Origin: an uncultured Chloroflexia bacterium
Lineage (GTDB): Bacteria > Chloroflexota > Dehalococcoidia > UBA2979
Length of the DNA stretch: 64,000 nt
Assembly: GCA_963728205.1 (NCBI GenBank)
Contig: CAVSIV010000002.1
Span: 384,001-448,000 of the forward strand
Direction of reading: 5' to 3'
In this document: one piece after another, positions 41,614 through 50,859 of the stretch
Position numbering within the stretch: the stretch's first letter is position 1
How the letters are laid out: each line of letters begins with the position of its first letter
Notes under the pieces: model-generated
Databases searched by the model: none
Seen by the model: the letters and a program-made list of their open reading frames with translations, nothing else
What the model was told of the DNA's origin: nothing
Translations under genes and position numbers: made by a program

Positions 41614-41642
41614 AGGATAGCACCGGCCGCGAGGAGGGGCAA
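41614..41642 (-). promoter_or_regulatory. pyr operon promoter
   Basis: TTGCCC-17 nt-TATCCT with extended TG. Confidence 0.7.
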
Positions 41643-41690
41643 AACGGGGCGGCCGCTCGCCGCCCGCGCGCCGGTTGCGGTGGAGCCCGC

Positions 41691-42596
41691 CTACGCCTCG
41701 TCGGTGCCGCGCTGCTCGCGCAGGAAGCGCTCCAGCTCGTCGACCATCGTTTGCGCGTCGGGGAGGTCCTCCGGCGGACCGCCGGCGCTGTCGACGTCGT
41801 CGCCATCGTCGTCTTCCTCGTCCGGCCCGGCCGCCTCAATCCGCCGTGCGTACTCGGCGACCTCGGGGTTCTGCGCGATGTCCGAGGCGACCTGCGCGTC
41901 GAAGCGCGCGGCGAAGACCTCGAGGTCGTGCAGCGTGAGGCCGAACTCGAAGCCGTGGTTGATGCGCTCGAGCAGCGCGAGCGCGCCCTTCGGGTTCGGC
42001 GAGCGACGCACGTAGAAGGGGATGTTGGCCCACACCGAGCCGCTGGGGATGCCGGCGTCGCGCACGGCCTGCGAGAGCACGCCGGTGATGCCGGTCGGTC
42101 CCTGGTAGCGGCTGCCCGCCGAGCCGAGCGAGAGCCGGGCGGCCAGGCTCTCGTCGGTGCTGCTGCCGGTGACGCGCACCGCGCGTGAGTGGCTGACCTC
42201 GGCGAGCAGAGCGCCGAGCGTGAGGAATCCCGACACCTCGTAGGTGCGACACAGCTCGAGCACGCAGTCGACGTACGTGCGCCACGCGAGGTGCGGCTCG
42301 GTGCCGGAGAGCAAGATCACGTCGCGATCGGCGTCCTCGATGCGGCGCGCCGAGAACTCGTTCGGCGGCCAGTCGAGCACGCGCTCGCCGCGCTCGAGGC
42401 GCACGCGCGGGCGGGACTGCGTGAAGTCGTAGAAGTTCTCGGCATCGATCTCCGCGAACGGCTTGAGCCGCCACCGCCGCGACATGAAGCGAACCGCGCT
42501 GGTCGCAGCCTCGCCCGCGTCGCTCCAGCCCGAGAAGGCCGCGATCAGGATCGGTCGCCGCAGCTCGGGACGCTCCTTGAAGACGAGGTCGCTCAT
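41691..42596 (-). CDS. PAC2 family (proteasome assembly chaperone-like) protein
   Basis: AAFSGWSDAGEAA, FYDF-RP, GTEPHLAW, YQGPTGI-GV, WAN-P-Y, ELERFLR. Confidence 0.9.
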   Translation of the reverse strand: MSDLVFKERPELRRPILIAAFSGWSDAGEAATSAVRFMSRRWRLKPFAEIDAENFYDFTQSRPRVRLERGERVLDWPPNEFSARRIEDADRDVILLSGTEPHLAWRTYVDCVLELCRTYEVSGFLTLGALLAEVSHSRAVRVTGSSTDESLAARLSLGSAGSRYQGPTGITGVLSQAVRDAGIPSGSVWANIPFYVRRSPNPKGALALLERINHGFEFGLTLHDLEVFAARFDAQVASDIAQNPEVAEYARRIEAAGPDEEDDDGDDVDSAGGPPEDLPDAQTMVDELERFLREQRGTDEA

Positions 42597-42625
42597 GTCG
42601 CCAGCATAAGCGGTCGGGGCGAGCG

Positions 42626-42674
42626 TGGTTCGACTGCGCTCACCACGAACGGGGCGTGCTCACCACGAACGGGG
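42626..42674. repeat. REP-like element with 17-bp duplication
   Basis: TGGTTCGACTGCGCTCACCACGAACGGGG; GCTCACCACGAACGGGG at both 42638 and 42658; shares the TTCGnCTGCGCTC-N4-CGAACGG core with 2479-2507. Confidence 0.65.
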
Positions 42675-42805
42675 GCGCTCAACGCAAACGGCGGCGCTCG
42701 CCGCTCGCGGAGGTGTCGACGCGAACGGATCGGCCATCGGGCGAGCGGAGCGCGTCCCGCTTCCGACAGCGTGCGGGAGCCGGCCCGGCGAGCGCGCGCC
42801 CGGCG

Positions 42806-43996
42806 TCAGACGTCGAGGGCCGCGAGGTCGAGGCGAGACAGCGAGGGGCCGGCGCGCTGGACGGCGCGGTCAATCAGCTCGACGCCGCGCTCGTGCGAGA
42901 GGTCGAGCGCGCCGAGCAGGAACGCTCCCTGCATCGCAAGCCATGCCTGCGCGAGCGTGTAGTCGCGCCGACAGTCGTCCCAGGCGTAGTCGCGCACCCC
43001 GCCGGCGACGAGCTCGTCGTAGTAGGTGCGCAGGAGCCCGTCCTCGGCGGCGTCGGCATGCTCGGGCGCGAGGTTCGGGCGGAGGAAATAGGCGACGTCA
43101 ATCATCGCGTTGCCGATGCGCAGCCCCTGGAAGTCGATGACCGTGACGCCGCCGGGGTCGTCCGCGCAGCCGGCGTCGAAGAACAGGTTGTCGAGGCGGT
43201 AGTCGCCATGCAGCAGCGTGTACGGCGGCCGGGCGAAGCGCTGCAGCATGCGCCGGCCGTTGTGGTCGAGCCAGCGGCCAATCGCGTCGACGTTTGTGAC
43301 GGCGGCCCGGTAGCGCTCGGTGAACAGCGGCCAGGTGCGCTTGCAGAGGCCGAGCACCAGCGGGGCATCGACGTCGATGGCGCGCAGCCACGGCCGCTCG
43401 AGCAGCGGGCTGTTCCACATGCCGGCGTGGAAGCGCGCGAGCGCCCGCAACGCGGCACGCGCCTGCACGACGTCGCACCCCGCGACCTGGTCGCCCACCT
43501 GCGAGGCGTCCAGGTCCTCGATCAGCAGCGCGTAGGCGCGGTTGCTCTTCGCGGCCGCGTTGCGCAGCGGGTTGAGCAGCGCCATCGTCACGGCGCCGGG
43601 GAGGCGTGCGAGCGCCCAGGAGACGGCGCGCGACGAGCCGGGCTCGGGGTCGAAGCCGGCGTAGTAGAGGCGCGGGACGCGGACGGGCACGCGGTCGGCC
43701 AGCTCGCGGTAGAAGCGGATCTCGGTCTCGTAGAGGCCGGCGACCACGCCGAACCCGCGGTTCTGCGCGATCGGCGAGGGGAACTTGCCGACGAGCGACG
43801 CCGGCGCGCCGTTCTCGGCGCGGTCGTACTGGAGCCGTATGCGCGCGAGCTGGCCGATGAAGCCGACGCCCTCGCCGAGGACCTTCCAGTCGAAGCTCGT
43901 GACCGCTGCCTGCTCGAGCGAGCCACCGGCGCGGAGCGCCTCCGTGAGCCACTCCGAACCGACGTCTGCGAGGGTCATCGGCAGTCGCGTCGTCAT
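42806..43996 (-). CDS. APH/ecdysteroid-kinase-like phosphotransferase
   Basis: G-G-G loop, E-RFY, LLIEDL, LLHGDYRLDNL, IDFQ. Confidence 0.9.
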   Translation of the reverse strand: MTTRLPMTLADVGSEWLTEALRAGGSLEQAAVTSFDWKVLGEGVGFIGQLARIRLQYDRAENGAPASLVGKFPSPIAQNRGFGVVAGLYETEIRFYRELADRVPVRVPRLYYAGFDPEPGSSRAVSWALARLPGAVTMALLNPLRNAAAKSNRAYALLIEDLDASQVGDQVAGCDVVQARAALRALARFHAGMWNSPLLERPWLRAIDVDAPLVLGLCKRTWPLFTERYRAAVTNVDAIGRWLDHNGRRMLQRFARPPYTLLHGDYRLDNLFFDAGCADDPGGVTVIDFQGLRIGNAMIDVAYFLRPNLAPEHADAAEDGLLRTYYDELVAGGVRDYAWDDCRRDYTLAQAWLAMQGAFLLGALDLSHERGVELIDRAVQRAGPSLSRLDLAALDV

Positions 43997-44126
43997 GGCC
44001 CGCTCGCTCTCGCTGCCCGGGCCGCTCGTGGCAGGGCCCGTCGTGTTCGCGGCACTATAACGGCGCGAAACCCGGCCCGCCAGCTTATCCGTGACATAAG
44101 ACTTCGGCTGGCAGGGCCGCTGCCTC

Positions 44127-44162
44127 TTGACGAGATGTCTTTGTGGTGTCACTGTGACACCA
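44127..44162 (+). promoter_or_regulatory. Promoter overlapped by a perfect operator palindrome
   Basis: TTGACG at 44127, CACTGT 17 nt later; TGGTGTCA-CTG-TGACACCA at 44144-44162. Confidence 0.7.
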
Positions 44163-44239
44163 ACATGTGAAGCAGGGTGCGAGCCGACCCGGGTCCCCCC
44201 AGCCTAACCCGTGCGCGGCGCGCCGAGGAGTCCACACCG

Positions 44240-44737
44240 ATGCGAATCCAGGTCGACGACGTCTTCAAGGCCTTCGACGGCGCTCTCGCGCTGATCGAGG
44301 ACGAGCGCCAACGCCAGACCTTCGAGCGGGTGCTCGCCGCGAGCCGCGATTCCGTGCAGCGCGCCATCGGCGACCTCGTGCGGCAGGTCGTCGACGACGT
44401 GAACGAGGTCGCCGGCGGCGTGCTCGCACTCGAGCTCGTCTACCAGCCGGACGGCCTCGAGGTGCGCGCCTCGACCGCCTCGCTCGAGGAGCCAATCGAG
44501 GACGAGGCGGCCTTCGGGTTCGACGCCGAGGACGTCGATCGCCTCACGCTGCGGCTCCCGGCGGAACTGAAGGACATCGCCGCGGCGGCGGCGGAGCAGG
44601 CCGGCATCTCGCTGAACACGTGGCTGACGCGCCTGGTGACGCGCGAGGCCGTGCAACGCACGCGCGGTCGCGGTCGCGCGCCGCGGGCGCAGCGCAGCGG
44701 CTCGAGTCAGAGCCTGAAGGGGTGGATCGGCGGCTAG
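44240..44737 (+). CDS. Ribbon-helix-helix DNA-binding protein (HicB-like annotation family)
   Basis: RLTLRLPAELK..AAAAEQAGISLNTWL RHH motif; C-terminal LKGW; GAGGAG RBS. Confidence 0.8.
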   Translation: MRIQVDDVFKAFDGALALIEDERQRQTFERVLAASRDSVQRAIGDLVRQVVDDVNEVAGGVLALELVYQPDGLEVRASTASLEEPIEDEAAFGFDAEDVDRLTLRLPAELKDIAAAAAEQAGISLNTWLTRLVTREAVQRTRGRGRAPRAQRSGSSQSLKGWIGG

Positions 44738-44753
44738 GCCCGTCGCACAAACC

Positions 44754-45675
44754 ATGCAGTACTACCGCACGATTGAGCGGACCTTCCGCGCGGGCGACCG
44801 GCCCGCCCTCAAGGTCTCGAACCGCCGCGGCGAGCTGATCGTCGTCGGCGAGGACCGCGACGACATCGCGTTCACGGCGCAGCTGTCCGTGCAGGCCGAC
44901 GACGAGGGCGCCGGCAACGAGCAGCTCGACCGCATCGGTCTCCCCATGAACGAGGCGGACGGCCGCGTCGAGATCGGACCACCCCAGTATGACGAGAGCG
45001 CGTTCTCCGGTATGACGCTGTTCGGCTTCCGCGTGCCGATGAGCTTTGGGTTCGGCACGCGCGTCGACATGCAGGTGCGCGTGCCGCGCGGCTGCACGGT
45101 GGAGGCGCTGAACCGCGCGGGCACGCTGCGCGTGACGGGGATCGAGGCGAAGGTCGCGCTCGATGCCCGCTCCGGCCGCGTCGAGCTGCGCGACGTCGGC
45201 GGGCCGGCGCACGTCGACGCACGCAGTGGGACGGTCGAGGTGCAGGACGTGCGCGGCGACGTCGAGGTCGACTCGCGGTCCGGCAAGGTCGAGATCGAGG
45301 ATGTCGGCGGCGCGCTGCGCGTCGCGAGCCGCTCGGGCACGGTGAACGTGCGCAAGGTGGGCGGCCGGGTCGCCGTCGAGAGTCGGTCCGGGCGCGTGCG
45401 CTTCGAGGACGTGGCCGGGCCGATTCGAGCTCGTGTCGGCGTCGGGCAGCGTGGAGTTCCGCGGCCGCGTCGCGCAGCCGATCTCGATGGAGGTGACGGC
45501 CGGCTCGGTGCGCCTCGCCGTGAGCCGCGACTCCGGGTTCTTCCTCGACGCGGAATCGCGCGCGGGCTCGGTGCGCTCCGAGCTGCCGGTTGGGTACCTC
45601 GAGCGTCCGCCGAAGGATGCGCCGACGGTGCGCGTGCGCACGCAGAGCGGCACGATCCGCGTGGTCGCGCTCTAG
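44754..45675 (+). CDS. DUF4097 beta-strand repeat (adhesin-like) protein; +1 frameshift near 45425
   Basis: About 18-aa repeats V--RSG-V-L-DVGG; ends VRTQSGTIRV; removing one T in GATTC at 45422-45426 restores the frame. Confidence 0.85.
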
Positions 45676-45715
45676 CTGCAGGCGGTTCGGGGTTCGAGCG
45701 GCTGGGGGCCGTGCG

Positions 45716-47098
45716 CTACGTGGGGATCGTCGCGAGCAGCGCGGCGGGGTCGTGGGCGACGCCGCCCTGGACGACGCGCCACGTGTGGCGCACGTCGGCC
45801 ATGTCGCGGAGCGGGTCCCCGTCCACCACCAGCATGTCGCCGAGCTTGCCGGGCTCCAGCGTGCCGATGTCGTCGGCGTGCCGCAGCACCTCGGCCGCGA
45901 CGCGTGTCGCAGCCTGCAGCACGTCGGCGTGCGCGATGCCGGCAGCCGCGAGCAGCTCGAGCTCCGCGAGCAGCGAGAAACCCGGCACGAGCCCCGTGTG
46001 CGAGCCGCAGTCGGTGCTGGGCACGATCCGCACGCCCGCGGCATGGGCGCGGCGCAGGAACGCGAGCTCCTGGTCGCGGGCGCGGCGGCCGGTCTCGCGG
46101 TCGGGCTGCATCGCCGCGGGCCCCGGGCGGCCGGCGCGCTCCGCCTCCTCGCGCAGCTGCTGCATGCGGCGCTGGCGCTCCTCGCGCGCCTCAACCATCG
46201 GTCGCGGCGTGTACGGCAGGCCGGGCTCCGCGGCCGACTCCGTGGTGGCGATGCCGTTCGTCACGAGCACGGTCGTCGGGCTGAGCGCGACGTCGTGCGC
46301 GGAGAGACTCGCGATGAAGCGCTGTACGTGATCGGCGTCGAGGTCGGCGCGCGCCCAGCCCGCGTTCAGCCACGTCCAGTAGTTCGCCATGCCGCCGTTG
46401 CCGCCCTCGCGCGTGTGCCGGTCCTCCGGTCGCGCGATGTCCTGGTAGCAGGTCGCGTGCACGTGCTCGAGGCAGTCGATCCCCGCGTCCACGGCCTCGC
46501 TGGCCCAGGTGCGTCCGAGGTGCCCCGTGACCGGCACCGCGCCGTCCACCGCGCGGATCATCGCCGCGACCAAATCGGGACGCAGCCCGGCGTAGAGCTT
46601 GAGCCCGTCCACGCCGCGCGCGATTAGCGCGCGCACGGCCGCGACGCCTTCCTCGGGTGTGCGCAGCGGCTGCGGGTGCACGATCACGCCGACGCCGGTG
46701 CCGGCGGGAAAGATCGGCGGGTCGCCGTCGAGGAGCGGGCCGTACGTGAACAGCCGCGGCCCGGTGCGCTTGCCGGCGGCGAGCGCGGTGCGCAGGGGCA
46801 GCAGCACGTCGGGCGCGCCGCCGACGTCGCGCACCGTCGTGACACCCGCGCCGAGGAACGCCGGCAGCGAGCTCTCGCCGCCGGACAGCAGCACGTGCAC
46901 GTGCATGTCGATGAGGCCGGGCATCACGAAGCGGCCGCCCGCGTCGAGCCGTGCGATCCGCTCGGGCGCGGGCACGCCGGGGCCGGCCGCGGTGATGCGG
47001 CCGTCCTCGACGACGACGGTTGCGCCCTCCTGCGGCGGGCGGCCGGTCCCGTCCCAGAGCCGCGCGTTGACGACGGCGAGCGATGCGTTCGCGGGCAT
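45716..47098 (-). CDS. Amidohydrolase family protein
   Basis: PGLIDMHVH, GVTTVRDVG, LEH, STD, G-LEPGK-GD-LVVDGDPL. Confidence 0.92.
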   Translation of the reverse strand: MPANASLAVVNARLWDGTGRPPQEGATVVVEDGRITAAGPGVPAPERIARLDAGGRFVMPGLIDMHVHVLLSGGESSLPAFLGAGVTTVRDVGGAPDVLLPLRTALAAGKRTGPRLFTYGPLLDGDPPIFPAGTGVGVIVHPQPLRTPEEGVAAVRALIARGVDGLKLYAGLRPDLVAAMIRAVDGAVPVTGHLGRTWASEAVDAGIDCLEHVHATCYQDIARPEDRHTREGGNGGMANYWTWLNAGWARADLDADHVQRFIASLSAHDVALSPTTVLVTNGIATTESAAEPGLPYTPRPMVEAREERQRRMQQLREEAERAGRPGPAAMQPDRETGRRARDQELAFLRRAHAAGVRIVPSTDCGSHTGLVPGFSLLAELELLAAAGIAHADVLQAATRVAAEVLRHADDIGTLEPGKLGDMLVVDGDPLRDMADVRHTWRVVQGGVAHDPAALLATIPT

Positions 47099-47112
47099 CG
47101 GCGACACTCCGG

Positions 47113-47994
47113 CTAGGGCGCCACGGCCTCGCGGTACCACGCGGCGATCGCTTCGCCGATCGCGTGGGGCGAGTCCTCCTGGATGAAGTGAGAGCCCGGC
47201 ACGGTGACCTCGCGCTGGTTCGGCCACGAGCGGCAGAACGCCCGCTGGTCGCCGACGAGGATGGCCCCCGGATCGGCGTCGATGAACAGCTTCGGCACGT
47301 CGCTCTCTGCGAGCCACGCGCCGTAGTCGCGCACGATCTGCGCGACGTCCGCCGGCTCGCCGTCGATCGGGATCTCGCGCGGCCATGCGAGCGTGGGCCG
47401 ACGGCGCTCGCCCGGCTCGCGGTAGGGCTCGCGGTAGACGTCCAGCTCCTCCTCGGTCAGACCGCGCAGCACGGAGTTCGGCAGGATGCGCTCGACGAAG
47501 TAGTTCTGCTCGAGCACCAGCTGCTCGCCGTCGGGGCCGCGCATGCGCTCGAACGCCCGGCGCGGGGGCCACTGCTCCCACGTCACCGGCATCACGATCG
47601 CCTCCATGTAGGCGATGCCGGCAACGCGCTCCGGGTGCCGCCGCGCCCAGTGGAACCCGAGCGCCGAGCCCCAGTCGTGGACGACGAAGATGATGCGATC
47701 GCCGGGCCGGACGGCGTCGAGCCATGCGTCGAGGTACGCGGCATGATCGACGAAGCGGTACGAGCCATGCCCGGCTCTGCCGGAGCGCCCCATGCCGATG
47801 AGGTCCGGGGCGAGGCAACGCCCGAGCGGCTCGAGGTGCGGGATCACGTTGCGCCAGAGGTACGACGACGTCGGATTCCCGTGCAGGAAGACGATCGCCT
47901 CGCCGGTGCCGATGTCGACGTATGACATCTCGCTGTCCAGCACCGGCATGCGGCGACGCGTGAGCAGGTCTTCCGCGGAGATCGTCTCGGCCAT
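47113..47994 (-). CDS. Haloalkane dehalogenase (LinB/DhaA-type)
   Basis: HGNPTSSYLWRN, HDWGS, YMEAI, WPREIP, HFIQEDSP. Confidence 0.93.
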   Translation of the reverse strand: MAETISAEDLLTRRRMPVLDSEMSYVDIGTGEAIVFLHGNPTSSYLWRNVIPHLEPLGRCLAPDLIGMGRSGRAGHGSYRFVDHAAYLDAWLDAVRPGDRIIFVVHDWGSALGFHWARRHPERVAGIAYMEAIVMPVTWEQWPPRRAFERMRGPDGEQLVLEQNYFVERILPNSVLRGLTEEELDVYREPYREPGERRRPTLAWPREIPIDGEPADVAQIVRDYGAWLAESDVPKLFIDADPGAILVGDQRAFCRSWPNQREVTVPGSHFIQEDSPHAIGEAIAAWYREAVAP

Positions 47995-48129
47995 GTCACC
48001 TCCTGCGACGCGCGCCCGCGCGGCCGGGCAACGCCGCGGAGCATAGCGCAGCGCGGGCGCCGGCCGGCGCGACGGATGACGGTGGCGAGAGGGGGGCGGT
48101 AGGCTCCGATCGCGTCGAGCGCGGAGCCC

Positions 48130-48203
48130 TGCCGGGTGGTGTAACGGTAGCACGGAGGACTTTGGATCCTTGAGTCTGGGTTCGAATCCCAGCCCGGCAT
48201 CCA
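48130..48203 (+). tRNA. tRNA-Gln(TTG)
   Basis: TGCCGGG acceptor, GAGGA-CTTTGGA-TCCTT anticodon arm, GGTTCGAATCC, CCA. Confidence 0.96.
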
Positions 48204-48240
48204 GACACGGCCGCCCGCGTCGCGAACCTCGACTTACGAA

Positions 48241-48265
48241 CAGGGCCGGCACGAGGCCGGCCCTG
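48241..48265. terminator. Hairpin between convergent tRNA genes
   Basis: CAGGGCCGGC-ACGAG-GCCGGCCCTG perfect 10-bp stem. Confidence 0.6.
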
Positions 48266-48281
48266 CGCGGTTGGCGTGAGA

Positions 48282-48357
48282 TGGCTCCCCGACGAGGACT
48301 CGAACCTCGAACCTAGCGGTTAACAGCCGCCCGCTCTACCGATTGAGCTATCGGGGA
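48282..48357 (-). tRNA. tRNA-Asn(GTT)
   Basis: TCCCCGATAGCTCAATCGGTAGAGC, GCGG-CTGTTAA-CCGC anticodon arm, GGTTCGAGTCC, CCA. Confidence 0.97.
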
Positions 48358-48536
48358 ACTGGTCACCATTGTGACCGGGCGGAGCACTCGCGGGCAAGAC
48401 GGGGCGCAACGAGTTCGCCCGCCTTCTCCGATTCGCGGCGTTATGATCCCGCGGGAGGCGCGGCGCCGCGGGCCCGGTGCGCGCCGCGGGCGGACGCGGG
48501 CGAGCGGCCGCGGGGTGGCGGTGCCAGACTGTGACC

Positions 48537-49916
48537 ATGCCCGATCGTTCGCAGCTCGTGCGCGTCGCCATCACCGAGATCCCGGACATTCACCTGCTGC
48601 CCGGCTGGGACCGCCAGTTCCAGGTCGAGCAGCCGATCGACCTCGAGATCCAGCGCGTCAACTCGCGCCAGGCGCACGCGTTGCTGTCGGGCGACCGCGG
48701 CACGCCCTACGACGTCGCGATCGTCGCCGAGGAGCCCACGCTCGCCGAGTACCCGACGGAGGCGTACGAGCGCGTCGTGATCGGCGCCGACACGTTCTCG
48801 CTGGTGATGTGCAGCGACGACGCGCACCCGCGGCTCGCGGCGCTTCGCGCGTGGGGACCGTACGTCCGCTACCCCGAGCTCAAGGACCTGCTCCTGCACC
48901 TCGGCGACCACCGCCTGCTGATGCGCGAGCGCGGCGCGGGGGTGAACGTCTACATCTTCGAGCACCTGCTCGGCGGGCTGGTCGCGGACGGGCGCATCGG
49001 GCCCGACGGGTGCGTGCTGCTCGAAGAGGAGCGCGCGAACGAGGCGCTCGTCGGCGGCGTGTCGGGCGGCGACGACCTCGTCGCGATCGTCCCCAACTCC
49101 GTGCTGTGGGACGTGACGGTCCCGCGCGGTCAGGTCGACGTCGTGCCGATCGTGCACGCGCCGTTCCGCCCGTACTTCATGCTGCGGCGCCGCGAGGGCG
49201 AGCTCGACAGCGCGCACGAGCGCGCGATCGGCGTGCTGTGGGACTACCTGCTCGACTACGTCGGCGCGCGGCGCGAGCGCTCGCAGCTCGGCGCCGACCG
49301 CGTGCCGGTGGCGCGCCGGCCGGAGGCGGTGCTGCTCGGCGTCGACATCGTGAACTTCACGCTGATGCGGCAGGAGCACCAGCGCACGGCGGTGCGGCTG
49401 CTGAACTCGCTGACGCAGCACGTGGTCGCGAGCATCGAGCCGGTGCGCCGCGCGCTGTGGACCGCGATCTCGACCGGCGACGGCCTGATCCTCGTGCTCG
49501 ACGGGGCGCTCGCCGCGACGCCGCTGTTCGACGCGATGATCGGGATCAACCTCGCGCTGCGGCAGCTGTTCGACACGCTGGGGCGCAACCTCGGGCTGGG
49601 CGGCGGCATCGGCGCGCGCATGGCGATGCACTCCGGGCCGGTGCTGACGGTGTACGACCCGGGGGGCGACCTCAACTTCGTGGGCCCCGGCGTGAACGTG
49701 CTGCAGCGGATCCTCGAGTTCGGGAACGCCGGCCAGGTGCTCGCAACGCACGAGGCCCTCGGCGCGCTGACCGGCGCCGACGGGGTCGGCGCGATGGCCG
49801 ACCAGGCGTGGTCCGGCTGGGACAAGCACGGCATCGAGTACCGGGTGCACGCGATCTCGGGCGAGGGCTTTGGCGACCCGACGCGCCCGGCGCGGCTGGA
49901 CCAGCGCTTCCGCTGA
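48537..49916 (+). CDS. LysR-type substrate-binding domain fused to class III nucleotidyl cyclase
   Basis: N-terminal LLP/NS/DVAIV/HP/RERGAG pattern of LysR effector domains without HTH; C-terminal DIVNF, TGDG, RMAMHSGPV, G-GVN-QR, GQVL. Confidence 0.8.
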   Translation: MPDRSQLVRVAITEIPDIHLLPGWDRQFQVEQPIDLEIQRVNSRQAHALLSGDRGTPYDVAIVAEEPTLAEYPTEAYERVVIGADTFSLVMCSDDAHPRLAALRAWGPYVRYPELKDLLLHLGDHRLLMRERGAGVNVYIFEHLLGGLVADGRIGPDGCVLLEEERANEALVGGVSGGDDLVAIVPNSVLWDVTVPRGQVDVVPIVHAPFRPYFMLRRREGELDSAHERAIGVLWDYLLDYVGARRERSQLGADRVPVARRPEAVLLGVDIVNFTLMRQEHQRTAVRLLNSLTQHVVASIEPVRRALWTAISTGDGLILVLDGALAATPLFDAMIGINLALRQLFDTLGRNLGLGGGIGARMAMHSGPVLTVYDPGGDLNFVGPGVNVLQRILEFGNAGQVLATHEALGALTGADGVGAMADQAWSGWDKHGIEYRVHAISGEGFGDPTRPARLDQRFR

Positions 49917-49946
49917 CCCGGCCCGCCGCGCTTCCGTGGCGCGCGG

Positions 49947-50756
49947 TCAGAGCGCGATCGTCATCCCGTCGTACGCCGCCTCGGTCGCCGCGAAGCGAGC
50001 GCGCGCCTGCTCGGCGATCTCGTCGATCTCGGCGTCTGCTCGGCGGGGGTCGTGGCTCGTGAGGACGAGGCGCCCGACGCCGGCCGCGATGGCGACCGCC
50101 GTCGCGTGCTCCCACGTGCTGTGGCCCCAGCCGGCGCGCGTCGTCGTGAACTCGCCCGGCGTGTACTGCGCGTCGTGCACGAGCACGCCCGCGCCGGCGG
50201 CGAGCGCCACCAGGCGCGCATCCGCGGCGGCGTCGCCCGGCTCCACGTCGGTGGCGAAGACGAGCGTCGTCGAACCCGCTGCGACGCGGTAGCCGGTGAC
50301 GCCGTCCGGGTGCGAGAGCGCCTCGTGATCGATCGCGAAGGGGCCCACCGCGAGGCGGTCCGGCAGGTCGACGAAGGTCTTGCGCGACGGCGTGTCGTCG
50401 AAGGCGACGGGAAACCAGGGCGGGCGGACGGGCCCGGCGAGCGCGTCGTGCAGCGAGAGCCCGGCGGGCGCGCGTCCGACAAAGGTGAGGTGCGCGCCCG
50501 CGTCGAGCAGTGGCTCGAAGAACGGCAGCCCCTGGATGTGATCCCAGTGGAAGTGGGTGAAGAGGATCGTGAAGTCGGTCCGCCCTGCGGTGTCCACGCT
50601 GAGCAGACCGGAGCCGGCGTCGATCAGCAGCACCGGCGCGCCGGTGCTGCTGATCTCCAGGCACGTCGTGTGGCCGCCGTACCGGGCGCTGGCGGGGCCG
50701 GAGACGGGCGAGGAGCCGCGGGTGCCGTGGATCGTGAGCTGCGCGGGCGTGGCCAC
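49947..50756 (-). CDS. MBL-fold metallo-hydrolase (putative cyclic-nucleotide phosphodiesterase)
   Basis: GTRGS-P, RYGGHTTC, DAGSG, THFHWDHIQG, HDAQY, WGHS; GTG after GGGAGG. Confidence 0.9.
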   Translation of the reverse strand: MATPAQLTIHGTRGSSPVSGPASARYGGHTTCLEISSTGAPVLLIDAGSGLLSVDTAGRTDFTILFTHFHWDHIQGLPFFEPLLDAGAHLTFVGRAPAGLSLHDALAGPVRPPWFPVAFDDTPSRKTFVDLPDRLAVGPFAIDHEALSHPDGVTGYRVAAGSTTLVFATDVEPGDAAADARLVALAAGAGVLVHDAQYTPGEFTTTRAGWGHSTWEHATAVAIAAGVGRLVLTSHDPRRADAEIDEIAEQARARFAATEAAYDGMTIAL

Positions 50757-50796
50757 GGTCCTCCCGTCGTCGCGCGGTGCGGGCACGCGTGGCCGT

Positions 50797-50826
50797 TTGA
50801 CGGCCGTTGGCGGCGGTCCCTAGTCT
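50797..50826 (+). promoter_or_regulatory. Sigma70-type promoter of the cNMP-binding gene
   Basis: TTGACG-18 nt-TAGTCT. Confidence 0.6.
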
Positions 50827-50859
50827 CCGCGCTCAAGCGCTGCTCGGACAAGGAGCTCG

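Noticed and set aside
42626-42674. CRISPR array (also considered 3628-3716)
   Set aside because: Only two units, no unique spacers of regular length, no cas genes
44240-44737. HicAB toxin-antitoxin system
   Set aside because: No HicA-like ORF adjacent; only an RHH motif is evident
45100-45420. About 54-bp periodic DNA repeats
   Set aside because: Explained by the 18-aa beta-repeat of the DUF4097 protein
48130-48357. Integrated element at tRNA-Gln/tRNA-Asn (also tRNA-Arg at 16448)
   Set aside because: The two 3' ends face each other across 78 bp with only a hairpin; no integrase or duplicated tRNA 3' end seen
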